Shown here piece by piece: positions 1 through 12,158 of a stretch of 64,000 nt of DNA. The notes under the pieces were generated by a model. It worked only from the letters and a program-made list of their open reading frames with translations. It was not told the DNA's origin and made no database searches. Location of the stretch: contig CM082579.2 in assembly GCA_040954595.2 (NCBI GenBank), forward strand, positions 7,615,625-7,679,624, given 5' to 3'. This stretch comes from Balanoglossus misakiensis. Taxonomy: Eukaryota > Animalia > Hemichordata. Both the position numbers and the translations under genes were made by a program. Each line of letters opens with the position of its first letter. The first letter of the stretch is position 1.

Positions 1-530
1 TAAAGGTTTATTGGCTTGTCCAGCAGCACCACTGCCCTGCAGCAGATGCGATGTACTTGGAGAGTTCATAGAGTTTGTCATTGCTATAGTACTTGTAGTT
101 GCTATACTCGTACTGGTATCATTGCTCATGCTCATAGCAGTTGAATTCGGAGTCTGTCGTCCTGCAGATGCGTTCCCAACGGAGTTTGGGGGTGACTGAA
201 GATTGTTTGCCACGGGGCTTTGCACATTCACATTGTTTATGTTTCCCATGTTCGGGCTAAGTTGCATTTGATTCTGGGTTTGATTTTGCTGGTTCGGACT
301 TGCATTAGCATTAGCCGATACATTAGAAGTAGTCCTCGGCGGTGATGATAAAAGCTGTGAAAGTTGTTGGTTCTTTTGAATTGTATCCGACGGGCGATCA
401 GACCCCGCATTTGCGCTTGCCGTGGAGCTACCTGTGCCATTACTCAGGTTGTTTACCGTACCACCGCCTGTCATTGACTGCAATTCGTCGGGAAGTTCTC
501 CTTCCAAACTTAGTAATTTACCGAAAAATT
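1..530 (-). CDS. CREBBP: CBP/p300 histone acetyltransferase, coding exon 2 (partial, runs off the window edge)
   Basis: Acceptor ttttccctttgcAG at 532-531. The frame stays open to base 1: (E)FFGKLLSLEGELPDELQSM...QKNQQLSQLLSSPP..., followed by an S/T/N/Q-rich region. This matches the CBP/p300 N-terminus (human DFGSLFDLENDLPDEL...KHKQLSELL, LxxLL motif). CREBBP versus EP300 cannot be distinguished; it is probably the single invertebrate orthologue. Confidence 0.9.
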
Positions 531-843
531 CTGCAAAGGGAAAAGAAACGGAATATACTAAATCTGTGATGGCAAATTTCACTTCGGGGCATTTTAATAC
601 AATATTCGCCCTCTTCTGTCCTTGGTGAAAAAAAAAGTCGCACCGGGCGGCGAAAGCATCCCAAACGCACGTAGCATATACGCTATGTAGTATAATAACA
701 TGACGCTATACCGTCCGTGTCAATTTCTTATTTTTTTTAAATTGTTTTCACCGTCATAGACACGCACATTGCAATCGACATACTAGACAGTCATCGAAAA
801 TTAAATAAGGATAATATTAGGTACAATCTAGGGAAATACTCAC

Positions 844-925
844 CTGCATTATCACTCGGAGTAGTGGCTGGAGAAGCAAGCTTCTGTCGCTTGCTCGGCG
901 GCCCCTCTACTATTTGGTCTGCCAT
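844..925 (-). CDS. CREBBP: CBP/p300 coding exon 1
   Basis: caacATGg start; MADQIVEGPPSKRQKLASPATTPSDNA resembles human MAENLLDGPPNPKRAKLSSP. A GTGAGT donor at 843 in phase 1 joins in frame to exon 2. Confidence 0.9.
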
Positions 926-1314
926 GTTGAAAACGCACGCCCGACGAATATGATGTGAACTTGTTGATCAAAAAAACCTATGAAGGCCCTCGAAAAATCA
1001 AGTAAATCATCCTGAATAGTAAAAAAGTCATGGTATAAAATATCAACAGTCTTCTTCCTTCTCCTACATCGTCTCGGCCTTCCGATCGGTCGACTGTCCG
1101 CTCCTATGTGCTGGCACAATACAATATTACAATAACTAATAGACCTTCACCATCGACGAAATTCCATGATATTTCATCGAAAACCCAACTAACCACGCCT
1201 AAATCTTCTTCCAGAATAAAATCCGATCTCTCTATGACATCTGTTGGTGGCTTGATCGTAAAACAAAGAAAGAATACGAGGAGAAAGAACGATTTTTTCC
1301 TGGGTGAAAATGGT

Positions 1315-1488
1315 CAAAATGGCGGCTGTTTGGCGAAACTTTTCTACGCTTGTCAGAAAACCAACAAGAAAAGCCACCGGAAAAACCCGACTCCGAAAAA
1401 TAATTTATTCATACTTTTCTCCTTATAATATGATCACATGATCTCGACCGGCGTCACTGATTGGACAAGGGCATATTTATTCACGTGA
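1315..1488. promoter_or_regulatory. Putative CBP promoter elements: YY1-type CAAAATGGCGGC (1315-1326), half-CRE CGTCA (1452-1456), CCAAT on minus strand (1460-1464), E-box TCACGTGA (1481-1488)
   Basis: Motifs read directly in a CpG-rich stretch 400-560 nt upstream of the CBP ATG. Function is inferred. Confidence 0.4.
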
Positions 1489-4400
1489 GAAAGACCTGTT
1501 ATTACATGCCGGAGTGCTTCGGGAAGGTTCGGAATGAATCGGCTATAAATAAATCTAGGAATGCTGGGTAATAATTTTTAAATACCCAATGGCCCTAGCG
1601 GCAGGCATGAATCAGCTGACCCCTTATTGAGCAAGTAACTTACAAGAGCGTCAACCATTTTGAGAAAAATCGTTTTTTGCCAATTATTCAATTTTAATAG
1701 AAATTTTCGAAAATTCAACCACGACAATTTCCTTAGATTGTTCACCGCGTCCTTAATTAGTACCAAAGCAACGTTAAGCAAGTCTAAATACGAAGTATGA
1801 TCATCTTCCTTTAAAATTTAAATCTGCAGAAAACCTCCGAATTTATGACGCAATATTCAATACCATCGGCGTTTACTTTCCAAAAGACACTAATATTTGT
1901 TGTCTGTACGCTTGTTTATTGCCTAGCTTATCAAAATACACCAATATCTGGCGTTTTATTTTCAAAGTCACGAACGGGGTCAGAAGTAGGTCATTTCCTG
2001 ACACACGTGCAAGTCTTTGAACAGGTATCGAGTGTAAACACAGTGCTTGTTGCAGTAGCAGTTGTTGGTTAGTCGTCAGTGAAGCAGTTACGCACAAAAC
2101 GATCACGTCTGAGTGGTACAAACTTTTTTTTTCCAGATGAATATTCCTCGTTTGCCTCTCATCTATGAAGCCCTATGTGTTTCCTCATAATGCTGTAATG
2201 CACAACTACGTGTTTTGTGGCGTATCAGTTTCAGAATGCTCGGATTTGACCGAAGAAGTAAAAACACCTGTTACGCCGGTCCAAGACCAGGTTAACATAC
2301 ATGGGGGTCACTGGGAAGGCTCGCCAGCGTGAACGCATAGACGACTTCCTAGAATTTGCCCAAGATGATGCAACCTCGACACACACAGTACAGCCTACAC
2401 GTGCCTTTGCACATGCTTGCTTGTTTACAAACGAATCCCTACAAGTGCAAACTTCATATCGTATTTCTGTGTAGCAGTACAAATGCACTATGTTTAGACA
2501 CTGGTGTTGATATGAATGGCATTGCGACCTCCCAAGTTACGCATCACTGCACAGCGTATGCTCACCTAGCAGGTACATGTCTATAGCTAAATCTCATAGA
2601 GCCTATACCCAAACTATTCTTCAAGTCTGTGTGTTGATAAGCACTTACTACTGGTGAAATAAAAATAACTGTGCGCATTTGGACGAATGTGGACAATATC
2701 ATAGAAAATGTGACATACACTGGATTTAGGCCTACTACTTCTTTCTACAAGTTGTAAGATCAGAGGGCCAAATATGGTTAACTAGTAGATTCTAGGCCTA
2801 ACACTTTCCTGTTTGCGCTGTGTAACCAAAGTCACTAGTGTATCCACGACGCAACAAAACAAATGAGGAACGAAAGCATAAACAGCAGGATTTCTGGTAG
2901 CTTTTTTTTCTCTTATGTATCATTCGCCGTCAAGATTGATATTTTTCATTAACTTCCTAATGGAAGTATAGCATGTATAAAGGATTCTGGAACGCGTTCT
3001 CACAGAAATAGTCCAAGTAAAATCTGTTCACTCGTCTTACTTGTTCCCTACTACTAATGCTACTTTCATTTTCATTTGCTGCTGTTCCGTTGTTTCGTGT
3101 TGTTTTTATTTATGTGTACAACATTGTAGAAGCATAGTATACTAAAGTATGCATGCTCCTCATCGATTGCCAAATCGTACAGTTTTAATAGTTTTGACCG
3201 ACATAAATGGAACGATCGTGCCAACTTAGATTAGAAAGAAACTTATTGTCCATGTACATGGGAAAATTTCTTTCCACTCATCACAATTGTCTATGCTATG
3301 CGTAATCTACAATTACATATCCTAAATATAATATAGATGCATACATTAATATACATGTAGTGATATAGTGATAAAACCAAAGACATTCACTTGTTTCGCG
3401 TAAATCACTTAAATGTCTTGAACAAAAGTATCCGTATCATTCAATAAATTGTTGTTCTAACTCGACCCTGTATTAACGTAACTGGTTCGGGGAATCCCTT
3501 CTATCGATTGCAGATGGCGGAACTCCCAGTGAAGGTAATGGCGCCCTCAGCCTTTAGTGCATATCATGTTGTCATAGAAACTTATGCAACAATTACTCGA
3601 CACACACGTGCACCCACCATCTGCCATCGATATTCACAATTGGATTATAATTAGGTATCATATGAAAGGAATTGTTCCACCTGGTTTCACCTGCAAGCCT
3701 TCCTTCCGATCCGACCACGCGTTTGTGAATAGAACCACCCAAGAATAGAACGCACACTTTCCGTAAAAGCGGATGCCAAGAAACTCCCCTATTTTGCATA
3801 ACAACTTCCCAGACGATCAGCGAACCCTGTACAACCACAGAACCCTCGAGAAACACTCATCCGTTCACGGGGAAACCGTGGTTGTCTACGTCATTCTATG
3901 CAATTTATATCTTCATCTAGTGCCAGTTCGACTTCTGGGCAAAACATGTGTATGTATAAAATGTTGTTATCTCAGTCACGAAAAAAGAGAACAGTTTGGA
4001 TGAAGGTCTTTATCGGAATTTCGAAGGAAATATCCTTGAGAACATATATAAACTGGCGTATCGAAACATCTTGCGAGAGAGAGAGGGGGGGGGGGGGTGT
4101 GGGTCGGAAGTGTTTGGAGTCGGTTTGTACCTGCTCATAATGAAGCCGTACCTAATTTTCATAGAGTTGGTCTTTTTTTCAAAGTGTCCGACATTTGTTC
4201 TACAATTTTTTGTCAGTGTATTACGCGACCATTTCCATTTATAGGTCAATAGCTCTGATTTTGTTTGTTTGTATCTGTGGTTGTCTTTGTTTTCTTTTAT
4301 GTTAACCATAGACAGTCTATGCTTATTCACTATATCGGGAAAGACAGCCTGAGGCAAATGAAAAAATACTGAAGACTATATCGCCGTGCTATATTTTTGC

Positions 4401-4896
4401 TATTACGCACCTAAATTGTGATATTTTTATACCTTAGGATATCTTTTAAAGAAAAATTGATTCTACATCAAAATTCCGGTACGTATTCTTCATAGTAAAC
4501 TGCACACGGAAAGGGTTTTCCAATGTAAATGACCTTTGACCTCCCTGTCGTGATTATAAACTTTCGTTTTGCGACGGATAGTCTGGGCTGCATGTTTTTC
4601 AGTGTTACGGTAAGGTAGATGTACACCACAAACTATTCGCAGTATTTTCCGTTACATCACACCATTTCTCGCACTTCCGTCCAACATTTCATGCAGTTTG
4701 CGAAGTTTTACATGCAACGTTGACAGATACGACCGCTTTACGGCACGTAGATTTCAGCGCCAGCGCAGCTCAGGTAGCTGGTGGTGTATTGTCGGTCGAT
4801 CTCTGTCTCTTCTTGCGGTCCGTCGGCATGTTGCGTCCTCAGGGCGCGAGTGTATGTTCTGAATGAAAACCTGCGCAAGTTGGTGGCGAAGAGAAG

Positions 4897-4933
4897 ATGC
4901 TGCTACCGTCAGATGTTGCCAGACTGGTTCTAG
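4897..4933 (+). CDS. NPAT: NPAT exon 1 (MLLPSDVARLVL-G)
   Basis: Identical to the vertebrate NPAT N-terminus; donor GTCAGT at 4934, phase 1. Confidence 0.93.
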
Positions 4934-5573
4934 GTCAGTATGTATGTTTGTCGGTTCGACGTCGAGTGCTGTCTACATTCAGCTCCAAGTGAACCAACAA
5001 ACATCAAAACAAAACATAGTTGTACAACTTACAAATTACCCGTTGGTGGATTGATATAACATGTTCGAAGTGTGTCGCTATAGCAATAAGCGACAACTCT
5101 GAAAGTTATATGTACTAAACTTTTTGCAGGTCAATCTGCAAATCGTTTGGTCATCACTTATAATAAGCCCCCCCCCCCCCCTCCTGATGGGGTCTGGCCA
5201 TGGCCTTGTCAGCATGGATGGGGTGTGGTGAGCTTGGCAAGGCAGAGAATTACAATCATTACAACTAACTACCAACACCACACCCTGAGTATGGCCTAGC
5301 TCTGTGTGGCAGGGCTGTGTGTCTTACTGCGATGATCGCCGTAAAACACACATTCCCTGAAATGTTATGACTTTGGTTTGTAGACATGCCATCAGAGATA
5401 CAGGCCATCTATGTATACATGTATGTGGACAGGACAGTTCTTGGTGGTCAGTGCAATGCATGCTATTGTTACTGGTAAATAATCTTATGTATGCGATCTT
5501 TAGGTAATGTGATGTTGCTCAGTAATAGACGTGTGACGATTGTATACACCACTGTCACTTCTGAATTCCTCAG

Positions 5574-5677
5574 GTTACCTGCATGATGAGGGACTGGAGC
5601 AGACTATCGTCACTTTTGTTTCTGAAAGTTCCCATCTGAAGGAGTATGCTACCCACTTTGATGCTCAGGTTAGCAAG
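5574..5677 (+). CDS. NPAT: NPAT exon 2 (LisH region, GYLHDEGLEQTIVTFVSESSHLKEYATHF...)
   Basis: Acceptor ttcctCAG; similar to human GYLQQENLISTCQTFILESSDLKEYAEH. Donor GTAAGA at 5678, with an alternative in-frame donor at 5669. Confidence 0.88.
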
Positions 5678-5873
5678 GTAAGACGACATTTTTCTTGCAA
5701 TTGTCGATAAATAGAATATTCATCTCTTTAACATACGTATTGTCGTTTGCAGTCATCCGTTTACTTTCATCAGAGTATGTGCAACACCACTGTTTTGGTT
5801 CACTGCACTGCAGTGCATAATACACCATACCTCCATAAAATAATAAGAAATTCCATTTCTGCTTGACTTTCAG

Positions 5874-5934
5874 CCGTATGAAGGCAAGAGTCTTGCGGAA
5901 AGGCTTGAAGAACATGAGCATTTGGTGCAGTTAG
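5874..5934 (+). CDS. NPAT: NPAT exon 3 (PYEGKSLAERLEEHEHLVQL)
   Basis: ctttCAG acceptor, GTAAGT donor, phases 0 to 1; similar to human FGKNLTTILNEY. Confidence 0.85.
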
Positions 5935-6107
5935 GTAAGTACTTGAAAATTGTACACTTTTGCTGTAGTTCCCGCGCCACATCCTGGTAAGAGAGTGAAG
6001 GGTTGATTTTTCAAGTATAAGAACTTTATATAATCTACACTGGGTTCGCTAAGTGATTGAGTGGCACAACTTGGCTCACGATCACCTTTTGTTTTCCGCA
6101 TTTTCAG

Positions 6108-6189
6108 CTGAAAGAAGCCAAAAAGATGAGTCTGAGAGAGTACTGAACAGTCTGTGGAAGAAACTGGATCAGACAATAGCACAGCTAAA
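6108..6189 (+). CDS. NPAT: NPAT exon 4 (...LNSLWKKLDQTIAQLK)
   Basis: ttttCAG acceptor, GTAAGT donor; matches human SSLWKKLDHTLSQIR. Confidence 0.9.
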
Positions 6190-6337
6190 GTAAGTGAAAT
6201 GTCTAGCGTCTAACTACGGGTAGATGCAATACAATGACTGGTTGTATACACGTCATGAATTCTGTGGCGTCAGAAGATCGTCACTGACTCTGTCACCACT
6301 AGAGTAGACTGTTTTAACATCTTCCTGTATTTTGCAG

Positions 6338-6393
6338 ATATCAGACCCTTCCTATGGATGCTAATATCGCAAAACTGTACCCGAAACAGAATC
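6338..6393 (+). CDS. NPAT: NPAT exon 5
   Basis: ttttgCAG acceptor, GTAAGT donor; phases 2 to 1 bridge exons 4 and 6 in frame. Confidence 0.8.
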
Positions 6394-6556
6394 GTAAGTA
6401 CAGTTTTAAAATGTGTGTAACAATTTTTACTTGTACCCCAGTGTTCATGCATATCCCTTGTATTCACACTGCAGTGTAGATACCAAAGACTTGAAGGTAT
6501 TTCTTGGCTGTCGAATTCAGCTTAATTTTGACAGCAGCTCTTGTGAACTCTTACAG

Positions 6557-7567
6557 AGCGCTCTCGGCACAGTTTGAATGTGTTGCGGTACCAACAGCAA
6601 CAGCAGAGAAATGCACAGCTGCAAGCACGCCTGCAGAACACAGTGCCGACATCACTTCACCAGCCAGTGCAGTCGCAGCAGCATTTGTCGGAGCTGCAGC
6701 AACAGCAGGGCAGAGCTGTGATGAATCAGACACCGGTTGCTTCGCTCACGTCAACAGATCAGCCGCTGCTGCAGTCAATACTGCAGCAGCCGACGCAGCA
6801 GCCCGTGCAGTCAAACCCTGTATCACCTGCCATGGCCACTCAAGCAGCCGCAGTGGATCCGGTCACAGTACAACAGACCAGGCCTGTGCTGCAGACTATA
6901 CTGCAACAGCCAACCCAGCAGCCTGTGCAGTCAAATCCTGTGTCGCCCGCCGTGGTTGCTCAAGAAGCCGCAGTGGATCAGGTCACACTGCAACAGACCA
7001 GGCCAATGCTGCAGTCAATACTGCAGCAGCCCACAAAGCCCATGCAGTCAAATCCTGTGTCACCGGCCGTGGTCACTCAGTCTGCCCTCATGGATCAGGT
7101 CAACGTGCATCGGACTGGGTCAGCAATACAGAACACTCAGCTAGCCGTAGTGGCGTCTGGGACAGGCCAGCCGACCGCTCAGCAACAGTTTGCTCAGTCG
7201 CAGCCAACCATTCAGACAGTCGCTGGACCCGTCATGGTGAGGGCGCCCTCTGTGGTGAGTCAAAGTGCCGCCCTGCAAGTGGGCCACTCATCGCAACAGG
7301 TGTACACCACAGTTGCACCGTGCTTGGCCACCAGCGTGGTGCAGCAACCACCGACACAACCGACGCAGCAAGCGCAGGCAATCGTGGTACCGACAGGGGT
7401 GATGAACGTCCCCCCTCCATTGAGTCAACCATCCGGTCAAGACGCGGGGCAGTCCCCAGGAGGTCCTGAGACGAGCATGATGTCACCTTCTGTGTCAGCC
7501 CATTCTACTAACATACAACCTGTGCAAGATGTACACAACATTCCTCCCACCTTCGCGGACCAAATAG
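6557..7567 (+). CDS. NPAT: NPAT exon 6, Q/P/V-rich disordered region with three 40-aa repeats
   Basis: Frame of ORF 6574..7686; acceptor cttaCAG ending 6556, donor GTGTGT at 7568, phase 1. Confidence 0.85.
6760..7116 (+). repeat. Coding tandem repeat, 3 units of about 120 nt (40 aa; LQSILQQPTQQPVQSNPVSPA...)
   Basis: Units start at about 6760, 6880 and 7000; the third unit has a one-codon deletion. Confidence 0.9.
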
Positions 7568-7745
7568 GTGTGTATTCTCACTTGAACTGGCAGTCGGTTT
7601 CTTTTGCAAAGTGTGATCATGAAATGATGTGTGGCTGTGTTGTGTCTAATACTTTTCAACTGTTGGACGCTCCATTTTATGTTTGAACATTACCAACATG
7701 CACAGATGAATTTGTCATATTGATCTTTGACCTTTAACCTTTCAG

Positions 7746-7815
7746 AATCATATCCTCAGTTGTCCACACCGATCAAAGATGCTCTGCACAGCAGCAAATC
7801 ACCTAGGAGGAAAAC
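7746..7815 (+). CDS. NPAT: NPAT exon 7 (...STPIKDALHSSKSPRRK)
   Basis: ctttCAG acceptor, GTAAGA donor; similar to human SPGRRKS. Confidence 0.83.
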
Positions 7816-8007
7816 GTAAGAAATATGTCAAACATTTATTAGTATTATTATACAACAAAGTATTACAGTGCATTATTAGTGTGTTTAATGACTTTTCTGT
7901 GCTGGTAGTTTCTGTACCAAATCACATAGCAAAGATGTTGAATGCGCAAACAAGTTACTGTATTAATTGAAGTGGAGTAACCCCACGCGACAATTTGCAT
8001 ATTGCAG

Positions 8008-8110
8008 GGTGACTCCTCGACGCAGAGAATTACCCGCCAGTGAAGAGAATCTGGAGGAAGAGGCGAACAAAGCTGAAGAACAATCTGAGGATGAGAATCT
8101 GGCTATTTCT
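8008..8110 (+). CDS. NPAT: NPAT exon 8 (VTPRRRELPASEENLEEE...)
   Basis: ttgCAG acceptor, GTAAGC donor, phases 2 to 0. Confidence 0.82.
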
Positions 8111-8315
8111 GTAAGCAGTGTGTGAAATGTCTCTTCATCTCTGTATGATGATGTTTGTAGCACTGGGAACGGACGAGATGTTTACAGAATGGGTTGTATA
8201 ACATTTTTACCTAAATAAGCATATGCCAGGAATTTTCGAAATTTCCATAGGTGCTTGGTGTTTATGCTGATTGATGTTTACTTTGTGTAATATGTGTTTT
8301 TGTTTTTGTTTACAG

Positions 8316-8392
8316 CACTTTCTCGAATCACTGTTATCCAATACTCAACTGCATCAGAAACTTGCAGAAAATATCAACAGGGCCGTGACGAG
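8316..8392 (+). CDS. NPAT: NPAT exon 9 (HFLESLLSNTQLHQKLAENINRAV)
   Basis: Matches human ILSNKSLQEKLAENINK; strong acceptor and GTGAGT donor. Confidence 0.9.
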
Positions 8393-8646
8393 GTGAGTTG
8401 ATGGCATGTCCAGTCGTAGGCTGGGTCTATGCTGCATGTATGAACTGCAAAATATGTTTGTGTGAAAGCCATCACTTTCTATAGGCTATGTAAGTTCCTG
8501 TAGATATTTACCCATCAAAATCATGACATCTAATAATTTTGATTGAAGAGTATAAATCTCTTTTTGAATGGCTATATACTGATGAAATGAATTTATTTCC
8601 ATGGGTGTGACGAAACACTTTTATTATAAATGGTATATTTTTTCAG

Positions 8647-8722
8647 TGAACCAAGTGTGACAACCACAAATCCAAACCAGCCATCTTCATCGGATGCCTT
8701 CGCAGACTTTCTGGATGTCCAT
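8647..8722 (+). CDS. NPAT: NPAT exon 10
   Basis: tttttCAG acceptor, GTAAGA donor, phases 2 to 0; ends SDAFADFLDVH. Confidence 0.83.
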
Positions 8723-9007
8723 GTAAGATTGTTTGTCATCATTCACATCTGACCATTAAAAGACTTGTAGCTTGTTAAAGTTCAAAGGTCATTTTGCACA
8801 GGATTTACTTTGGCTCCCTCATAGTCCACAGTGTACTGTGTTGATGCATTGGCAATAGCGCCCTCTATTATGTTGTCTGTGAGTACGTCTGAGTTGAACA
8901 GTCCCAGTATACCAGTATTCCTGTCACCGATGGCGCTATGAGAAACAACTTTCTGATCTAACATGGAACACTCTTTTGTTATCACTTATTTTATTTTCTG
9001 TTGTTAG

Positions 9008-9092
9008 GTTTCTGATGATACAGTCAGTGAGATCATCAATTCAACCAGTCAAGATCCTGTCTTTGAATCACTCTTTGCACTATTTGATGTTG
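9008..9092 (+). CDS. NPAT: NPAT exon 11 (VSDDTVSEIINSTSQDPVFESLFALFDV)
   Basis: Matches the human region MSEEAIQDILEQTESDPAFQALFDLFD (LFD motif); GTAAGT donor. Confidence 0.9.
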
Positions 9093-9262
9093 GTAAGTAC
9101 AGTGTTGTAAATACATGTACTAGTACAATACACCTTTTATGTACAAAATCACCAGTAACACTCTATTGCATATAAAACTGTTGGATAAATAGTGAACAGG
9201 TTGAAATTTTAAATCAGCATTGCTCTCACAATCCCTGGTTGTCATTATTTTCTGAATTACAG

Positions 9263-9349
9263 ACAGATCTGGACAGCAAAGTGACACAGCATCTGGTAAT
9301 CAGAAAGACCCTAATCAGCAAAGTGTCAAGAAAAAGACGAATCAAAGAG
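9263..9349 (+). CDS. NPAT: NPAT exon 12
   Basis: CAG acceptor ending 9262, donor GTAGGG at 9350. A symmetric phase 1-1 exon with an open frame, so it could be skippable. Confidence 0.7.
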
Positions 9350-9625
9350 GTAGGGTGCAGAGAGCAGTGAATCTTGTGTACCTGTCTGTATGCAGTATAA
9401 ACAGTTGTAATGGCAGGGTTTGTCCTGTGCTGCAAAATGCTGGAAAGTTCAAGAATTTTATTATAACGACATCATTTCTACATAACTTTCAACCGAAAAC
9501 TTCATTGTGTTATCACAAATGATTTTGATACCAAGTTGTTTTGAGGGGAATTACTATATTTGCACTATTATACTTAAGTTCAGTATAATTTCCAAGATGG
9601 CACTTGCATCTCTTCCTCGTTTCAG

Positions 9626-11673
9626 GCAATTCAACCAGAAAGGCAGAGAGACCCCGAAAACAGGGTGCGCCAGACGAAGTCATCGTGACCCACGGAACGC
9701 AGCAACAGTCGCAGCTAAACCAATACGTCTCGGACAACAGCGGAGCAGCGGGCTGTGCGACTGCGGCGGCAGCGGCATCCGCAGCAGAGACGGCGCAGCG
9801 ACTGTTGCCACAGCAACAGGAGTCGTCGTCGTCGCAACAGACAGAAAGTGGGGCGGTGGACAGGATAGTCTCCACTATGCCCATGTTGACCTTCGTGAAC
9901 GAGAACGGCGTGCGAAGCCTCCGGCAGACGCACATCAGAAACTTGGACTTCACGTGTTACGGCGGCGCGAATGACCCGGTAGTCCGTCGGAGAAGGGGAC
10001 CGCCGAGTGTTCAAGAACAGTTGGACGCGTTGAGGGCGCGACGGAACACCGCAGCCACGGAGGACTCGAGGCACCAGCGGGTGGTCGAGGGTAAAGCCAG
10101 GTGTACCAAGACCAGACACTCCAGCAAAGTGAAGAGGAGACGACCCCTCAGCAAGATGCAGCTGCTGGCCAATGCCAACATTCGGATCCACAGTGCGCCG
10201 TGCTCGCCCCGTTCCCCTCAAGTGGCCTCCACACAGGGCGTAAACCCGACAGATGCAGCAGCCGCCACACCTACAGGCCCACCAATCAGCAAAAATGTAC
10301 CAAGCACAGGTACCCAGACGCTTAGCGCGAACGCCGGGTCTCCAAACAGCCCCATTGTTGTCTTCTCACGCGGCAATGTCAGCGTCATTCACCACGCCAC
10401 TGCCACAGGCGGACAGTCTTCGGAGAATTCAAAAACGTCTGAAGCAGGAGCGCCTGGGGTGTCCGTCACAGTCGGGCAATCGGTGGCAGATTCGCCTGCT
10501 GTTGTCGCGGCTACCGGCTGCACAACAGCGGCAGGAACTACAGTTACAGCGCCACCTGGGGAATCAAGTTTGAGCTCGTGTGGCAGGATCCAATCCGATA
10601 CGGCAGAAAATGCGACGGTTAGTCCCGAACATGTCAGCGCAGAACGGGTAATGTCTCCTCCCCATCCCACGCAAACGCCCCCTCCATCTCAGACAGAGGT
10701 GGTAAGTGAACAGCAAGGGGATCATTTACACAGAGAAGGCGAAGCAAACTCGCAGGGAACCGAACTGACAGCTGAACCCACGAAATGCCAGAATTTACAC
10801 GAACCCGCTGAGACCGGCGAAACTGTTGTGCGGGATGTCCCGGAATGCTATGAACCCGTTGACCAGCCGCCTTCAGTGGCCAACGAGGAAGTAGTGGAGA
10901 TGACAGAGGATACCGCTCCGGACGAAGAACCTTCTCTCGAACAAAATGAAACTGTTTTGACAGATGACGGGGCCGGGGATGCTCTCGTCGCCAGCAAAGG
11001 GAATGTACATTGCCATGGAAACCGAACTGTTGGCGAGAGAGAACAGAGTGAGAAAGACACTGCTGTGCCATCACCACAAACACGTGTAAAAACTTTAAAA
11101 AAACTTGTACCAACACCCAAAGAGGCCAGGTCGGGTTCGCCGAGTACTAGAAGTAGTGATCACGGCAAAGTAAAGGAACAGTCATTGGGTCAAAGGTCAT
11201 CGTCGCCTGTTGAGAACATGACAGTTGTGGGGGAACGCAGTGACCGGGGTAGTTTTGACGCAGCCGAGTCTCTGGTTAGGCTTTCAAACATTGTCCTTCA
11301 AGCAAAAGAAGCGTCCTCCGAGCCCAAAGAAAGCGCGGAGACATCGGACAGACTTGACCGGGAAAGTGACAGTGGGGAAAGGGCAGAAAGTGGCGACTCT
11401 GGGAAAACAGTCGAAAGTGGGGATGAAAATACTGTTGCTTGTCACAATCTCAGATCAGAGACTCCGCCAATCGAATGTGAAACCAGCAAAAGGACCCACA
11501 AGGGAGGCAGGTCTGAGAGAGTCGACGAAGGAAGGATGAAAAGAAAACGGGTCACAGACAGAAACATGGACGAAAGTGTCAGTAGCTCGGAACCGCAACA
11601 GGGGCAGAAGAGACCACCGGTTGATGATATCCATCATGGAGACAGTGATTCTGGTAGCACTGGCAGTACGAAG
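9626..11673 (+). CDS. NPAT: NPAT exon 13, long S/T/E-rich disordered exon with many S/T-P sites and an HIRNLDF motif
   Basis: Frame of ORF 9604..11775; acceptor cctcgtttCAG ending 9625, donor GTAAGG at 11674, phase 0. Confidence 0.88.
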
Positions 11674-12097
11674 GTAAGGAATAGTGTTTGGTTTGACTGT
11701 TTCCTGTATGAAATCAGAGTACAGCCGAAAATGGGCCTGGCCTTTCTGAACTATCTGTTCAAGCATCTCGAATAGGCAGTGTTTTGCAAGTCTCTGTGGA
11801 TGAGTTTCAGGGATTCATAGATGGTGCCATGACTAACATACACACATAATGTGTTTTGAGGTGCTGTCTGATATATATATACACACTATCACAAACACAC
11901 ACACACATACACACATCAGAATGAAGTTTACATATGCAGTAAATCAAGTTACCTTTATTAAACAGTGGAGACTGTGTCATCAACAATGATTACATTTATT
12001 AGCTGATTTTATACAACAACTCCGGAAGGCCTTGTACTACTACAAGGGCTCTTTTCTTCACAAGCACATTAAATGGTGGCCCATTCAACATCCACAG

Positions 12098-12158
12098 GTC
12101 TTGAAGATGTGAGTTATCATCAAGGATCACCAAGGATGATAACTCACATCTTCAAGAC
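12098..12158. repeat. Perfect 24-bp inverted repeat with 13-nt loop in the last NPAT intron
   Basis: GTCTTGAAGATGTGAGTTATCATC (12098-12121) and GATGATAACTCACATCTTCAAGAC (12135-12158). Confidence 0.95.

Noticed and set aside
1940-2600. Splice-like signals (donor at about 2023, strong acceptor at about 2137) between CBP and NPAT
   Set aside because: No sustained reading frame or recognisable product. A lncRNA cannot be excluded but is unsupported.
6504-7469. 321-aa Ala-rich ORF overlapping NPAT exon 6
   Set aside because: An alternative frame of CAG-rich repeats. Splice phases of the flanking exons select the Gln-rich frame.
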